Below, one piece after another: positions 60,438 to 64,000 of a stretch of DNA of 64,000 nucleotides; positions within the stretch are counted from its first letter, which is position 1; every line of letters starts with the position of its first letter. Position numbers and translations under genes: made by a program. The notes beneath the pieces were generated by a model. The model was not told where the DNA came from. It did no database searches and worked only from the letters and a program-made list of their open reading frames with translations. Origin of the DNA: Bacteroidia bacterium (GTDB lineage Bacteria; Bacteroidota; Bacteroidia; M30B66); contig OZ257142.1 in NCBI GenBank assembly GCA_965279035.1, forward strand, positions 224,001-288,000. Reading direction: 5' to 3'.

Positions 60438-60475
60438 AATACTTTTTGTATTTTTTACAATTAGTATTACATTAG
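60438..60475. promoter_or_regulatory. Putative NrtR operator 1 overlapping a promoter between divergent genes
   Basis: AATACTTTTTGT-ATTTTTT-ACAATTAGTATT palindrome (GT-N7-AC), abutting a TACATTAG near -7 box at 60468-60475. Confidence 0.8.
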
Positions 60476-60510
60476 CATCCAGTAAACCCAAACTTCAAAC
60501 TCAATAAACA

Positions 60511-63408
60511 ATGAGAAAATTTTTACTTTCAGCATTAGGGATACTTTGTTCCATGCTGGGTTTTGCTCAACAAATGGACTTGCCGGTTACATTTGATGCA
60601 GCAGGCGTAGATTATGGTGTGCTCGGATTTGAGGGAGCAGAAGCTTCTACAATCGAAGCTGACCCAACCGATGCAACGAATACAGTTGTTAAAGTAATTA
60701 AATCGGCAGCAGCACAACCTTGGGCAGGAACGACCATTACCAATGCAGCAGGTGATGGTTTAGCAACTGCGATTCCTTTTACTGCATCCAATACACAAAT
60801 GACACTACGTGTTTGGTCGCCTGATGCAGGAATTCAAGTGCGGTTGAAAGTAGAAGATCATAGCAATCCAACCATTTCGGTTGAAACTGAGGCAACTACA
60901 ACATCGGCAGGTGCATGGGAAATGTTGACGTTCAACTTTGCTAATCAAGCAAGTGGAACTGCCGCAATTAATTTTGCAAACAACTATAATAAAGCTTCCG
61001 TGTTCTTCAATTTTGGGACGAATGGAGCTACAGCAGGAGAAAAGACGTATTACTTCGATGATTTTTACTTTGTTTCTTCCGGCGGATTAGTGCAAATGTC
61101 ACTACCTGTAACGTTTGATGCTTCAGGAGTTGATTATGGTGTGCTTGGATTTGAAGGTGCTGAAGCTTCTACTATTGAAGTTGATCCAACCGATGCTACA
61201 AATACGGTAGTAAAAGTGATAAAATCAGCAAGTGCTCAACCTTGGGCTGGAACAACAGTTACTAATGCAGCAGGAGCTGGACTTTCTTCTCCAATTGGAT
61301 TTACTGCCATGAGCGCAAAAATGTCATTGCGTGTATGGTCGCCAGATGCTGGAATTCCTGTTCGTTTGAAAGTGGAAGACCATACTAATGCAGGCATTTC
61401 AGTTGAAACAGAAGCTACAACAACAACTGCTGGTGCATGGGAAACACTGATTTTCAATTTTGTAAATCAAGCAAGTGGAACAACTGCTTTGAATTTGGCT
61501 AATTCATATGATAAAGCATCAGTATTCTTCAACTTCGGAACGAATGGAGCGACAGCAGGTGAAAAAACGTATTATTTTGACGATCTAGCATTATATACGA
61601 TTGTCGTTCCTCCTGTAAATTACAACGTTACCTTTCAGGTTGATATGCAAAATGTATCTGGCTTTACAACGCCCGAAGTAAATGGTACATTCAATAGCTG
61701 GTGCGGCAACTGCAATGCGATGTCAGACTTGAATTCGGATGGAATTTGGGAAGTAACACTTTCTCTTCCGGCAGGAAATTATGAATACAAATATTCTTAT
61801 GATTCATGGGCTGGACAAGAGACTTTAACAGAAGGAAGTTCTTGTACCATCACCAGTTTCGGAAATACGAATCGTACTTTAGCGTTAAATGCTGATATGG
61901 TTATTCCAGCTGTTTGTTGGGAACGTTGTACCGATTGCAATACTATCGTTTTAAATCAGATGGATCTTCCAGTTACATTCGAAGATTTAGCTGTTGAATA
62001 TGGTGTAATTGGATTTGAAGGTGCTGAAGCCTCTTCTATTGTTGCCGATCCAACCAATGCTGCCAATACTGTTGTTAAAGTAATCAAATCGGCTTCTGCT
62101 CAACCATGGGCTGGAACAACGGTTTCGAATCCTGCGGGAGATGGTCTTGCTTCTCCAATTCCATTCACATCTACCGAAAAACAAATGTCATTGCGCATTT
62201 GGTCGCCTGATGCAGGTATTCCAGTTCGTTTGAAAGTAGAAGATCATACAAACCCAACTCATTCGGTTGAAACCGAAGCAACAACAGCTTCTGCAGGAGC
62301 TTGGGAAACTCTAATCTTCAATTTCGCCAATCAAGCTACTGGAACAGCTGCATACGACGCTACTTATAGCTATGATAAAGCTTCTGTGTTTTTCAATTTC
62401 GGAACAAACGGAGCAACAGCTGGAGAAAAAACCTATTATTTCGACGACCTTGATTTCCATCCAGGAAGTGTTCAATCGGATTCTTTTAACGTGACTTTCC
62501 AAGTAGACATGCAAAATGTAACTGGATTCACGCTTCCAGAAGTGAACGGAATTTTTAACAACTGGTGTGGTGGATGTGCTCCAATGAGCGATGCGAATAG
62601 TGACGGAATTTGGAACTTAACAATCAGATTAGCTCCTGGAACATACGAATACAAATACGCTTACGACAATTGGGCTGGACAAGAAACATTAGCTCCAGGT
62701 GGATCGTGTGTTCTAACTACTGGAGCATTCACTAACCGTATTATTACTGTTGATGCAGACATTACACTTCCGGTAGTTTGCTGGAATAGTTGTTCAGCTT
62801 GTGACAATCCATCTGGTCCATTCAACGTGACATTCCAAGTAGACATGCGTGATGTAGCTACTTTTACTACTCCAGAAGTAAACGGGACATTCAACAACTG
62901 GTGTGGAGGATGTGCTCCAATGACCGATGCGAACAGCGACAATATTTGGGAAATCATCATTCCTTTACCTGCCGATACGTTTGAGTACAAATTTGCAAAC
63001 GACAACTGGACTGGACAAGAGAGCTTAACCTCTGGATCAAGCTGCACCATCACTACGGATGGTTTCACGAATCGCCAAATCATTGTTACTGAAAACATCG
63101 TACTTCCAGCAGTTTGTTGGGGAAGTTGTGACCCGTGTGTGGATGGATTTGAAATGCTAAACACAAACAGTTTAAATATCTATCCAAACCCAGCACAAGG
63201 ACAATTAAACATTGCTTTAAATCAGCAAGTAAATGACAAATTGAACCTTCGGGTAATGGATGCAAGCGGACGAGTTGTTTTCTCTAGCATATACAATCCA
63301 GCTCAAAAACTGAGTGTCGATACTAAGAATCTGGCTAACGGAGTCTATTTCCTTCAGGTTTCTTCTAATGAAATTCAAGTTTCAAAAACCTTTATTGTTC
63401 AGAATTAA
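60511..63408 (+). CDS. T9SS-secreted multi-module (CBM-like) protein, architecture A-A-B-A-B-B-CTD, no catalytic domain recognised
   Basis: Three ~170-aa repeats (M.LPVTF...KTYYFDD), three ~110-aa Cys-rich repeats (NVTFQVDM...FN.WC...YEYK...VCW..C..C) and CTD IYPNP...GVYFLQV. Confidence 0.88.
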   Translation: MRKFLLSALGILCSMLGFAQQMDLPVTFDAAGVDYGVLGFEGAEASTIEADPTDATNTVVKVIKSAAAQPWAGTTITNAAGDGLATAIPFTASNTQMTLRVWSPDAGIQVRLKVEDHSNPTISVETEATTTSAGAWEMLTFNFANQASGTAAINFANNYNKASVFFNFGTNGATAGEKTYYFDDFYFVSSGGLVQMSLPVTFDASGVDYGVLGFEGAEASTIEVDPTDATNTVVKVIKSASAQPWAGTTVTNAAGAGLSSPIGFTAMSAKMSLRVWSPDAGIPVRLKVEDHTNAGISVETEATTTTAGAWETLIFNFVNQASGTTALNLANSYDKASVFFNFGTNGATAGEKTYYFDDLALYTIVVPPVNYNVTFQVDMQNVSGFTTPEVNGTFNSWCGNCNAMSDLNSDGIWEVTLSLPAGNYEYKYSYDSWAGQETLTEGSSCTITSFGNTNRTLALNADMVIPAVCWERCTDCNTIVLNQMDLPVTFEDLAVEYGVIGFEGAEASSIVADPTNAANTVVKVIKSASAQPWAGTTVSNPAGDGLASPIPFTSTEKQMSLRIWSPDAGIPVRLKVEDHTNPTHSVETEATTASAGAWETLIFNFANQATGTAAYDATYSYDKASVFFNFGTNGATAGEKTYYFDDLDFHPGSVQSDSFNVTFQVDMQNVTGFTLPEVNGIFNNWCGGCAPMSDANSDGIWNLTIRLAPGTYEYKYAYDNWAGQETLAPGGSCVLTTGAFTNRIITVDADITLPVVCWNSCSACDNPSGPFNVTFQVDMRDVATFTTPEVNGTFNNWCGGCAPMTDANSDNIWEIIIPLPADTFEYKFANDNWTGQESLTSGSSCTITTDGFTNRQIIVTENIVLPAVCWGSCDPCVDGFEMLNTNSLNIYPNPAQGQLNIALNQQVNDKLNLRVMDASGRVVFSSIYNPAQKLSVDTKNLANGVYFLQVSSNEIQVSKTFIVQN

Positions 63409-63428
63409 TATGTTTCAACCAGATAAGG

Positions 63429-63454
63429 AGCCCGCTTTTGCGGGCTTTTTATTT
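63429..63454 (+). terminator. Intrinsic terminator
   Basis: AGCCCGC-TTTT-GCGGGCT followed by a T-tract. Confidence 0.9.
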
Positions 63455-63556
63455 ATCTGATGTTTTTTTACCTACTAGAATACATTTCAGCTAATTCCAA
63501 TTTCTGCTTTGGTACATGCCAATGCTTTCTCTATTTTGCACGAATCAAACCGCCCA

Positions 63557-64000
63557 ATGAAAAACAACAAAGCCTTCGCAACGCTCATCTCTGTCTTCTT
63601 TTTCTGGGGATTTGTAGCCGCTAGCAACGACATTCTGATTCCGGTTTTCAAAGAAAAGCTTCAGCTCGAACAGTGGCAAAGTCAAATGATCTCTTTCGCG
63701 TTCTATGTGGCTTACACTGTTGGTTCGGTCATTTATTTTCTCTTATCAAAATTCTCGGGTGGTGATCTCCTCAACCGAATTGGATATAAAAACGGTATTG
63801 CACTAGGCTTAGTCATTTCAGCTATTGGAACCATGTTGTTTTATCCAGCAGCTGAACTGGCTTCTTTCCCCATGATGATTTCTGGTTTGTTCATCGTTGG
63901 ACTTGGTTTCTCTCTTCAGCAAACTGCTGCAAATCCACTGGTCATCTCCATTGGTGATCCGAAGAAAGGTTCTCAACGATTGAGCATGGCAGGAGGTATC
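63557..64000 (+). CDS. FucP/GluP-family MFS sugar transporter (5' part; runs off the window)
   Basis: Manual translation from ATG 63557 gives MKNNKAFATLISVFFFWGFVAASNDILIP...IGYKNGI..GL...GLGFSLQQTAANP. Confidence 0.9.
   Translation, partial: MKNNKAFATLISVFFFWGFVAASNDILIPVFKEKLQLEQWQSQMISFAFYVAYTVGSVIYFLLSKFSGGDLLNRIGYKNGIALGLVISAIGTMLFYPAAELASFPMMISGLFIVGLGFSLQQTAANPLVISIGDPKKGSQRLSMAGGI

Overview
Chromosomal window from a free-living Bacteroidota bacterium, judged from T9SS C-terminal sorting domains, TAnnTTTG -7 promoter boxes and the conserved flippase-dut-TPR-DUF4292-envC block. It holds about 55 CDS, mostly housekeeping, plus a TPP riboswitch, a PIN-family toxin-antitoxin pair, REP-like repeats, a collagen-like surface protein and a pterin/photolyase/carotenoid-enzyme cluster. 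The most notable region is a ~15 kb predicted beta-glucan utilisation locus (49214-64000). It has GH16, GH3, a clan GH-A (GH158-like) enzyme, two CBM-like lipoproteins, a non-catalytic multi-module T9SS protein and an MFS permease, but no SusC/SusD within the window. Where SusC/SusD would usually sit there are two distantly paralogous uncharacterised outer-membrane beta-barrel-like proteins. The locus has an NrtR-family regulator, and two near-identical GT-N7-AC candidate operators are visible in the sequence. Other points of interest are an FG-GAP/T9SS gene flanked by ~140-bp direct repeats of a REP doublet, a TPP riboswitch with an extra hairpin, and several unexplained structured intergenic elements. 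All family calls are by motif recognition only; no searches were run.
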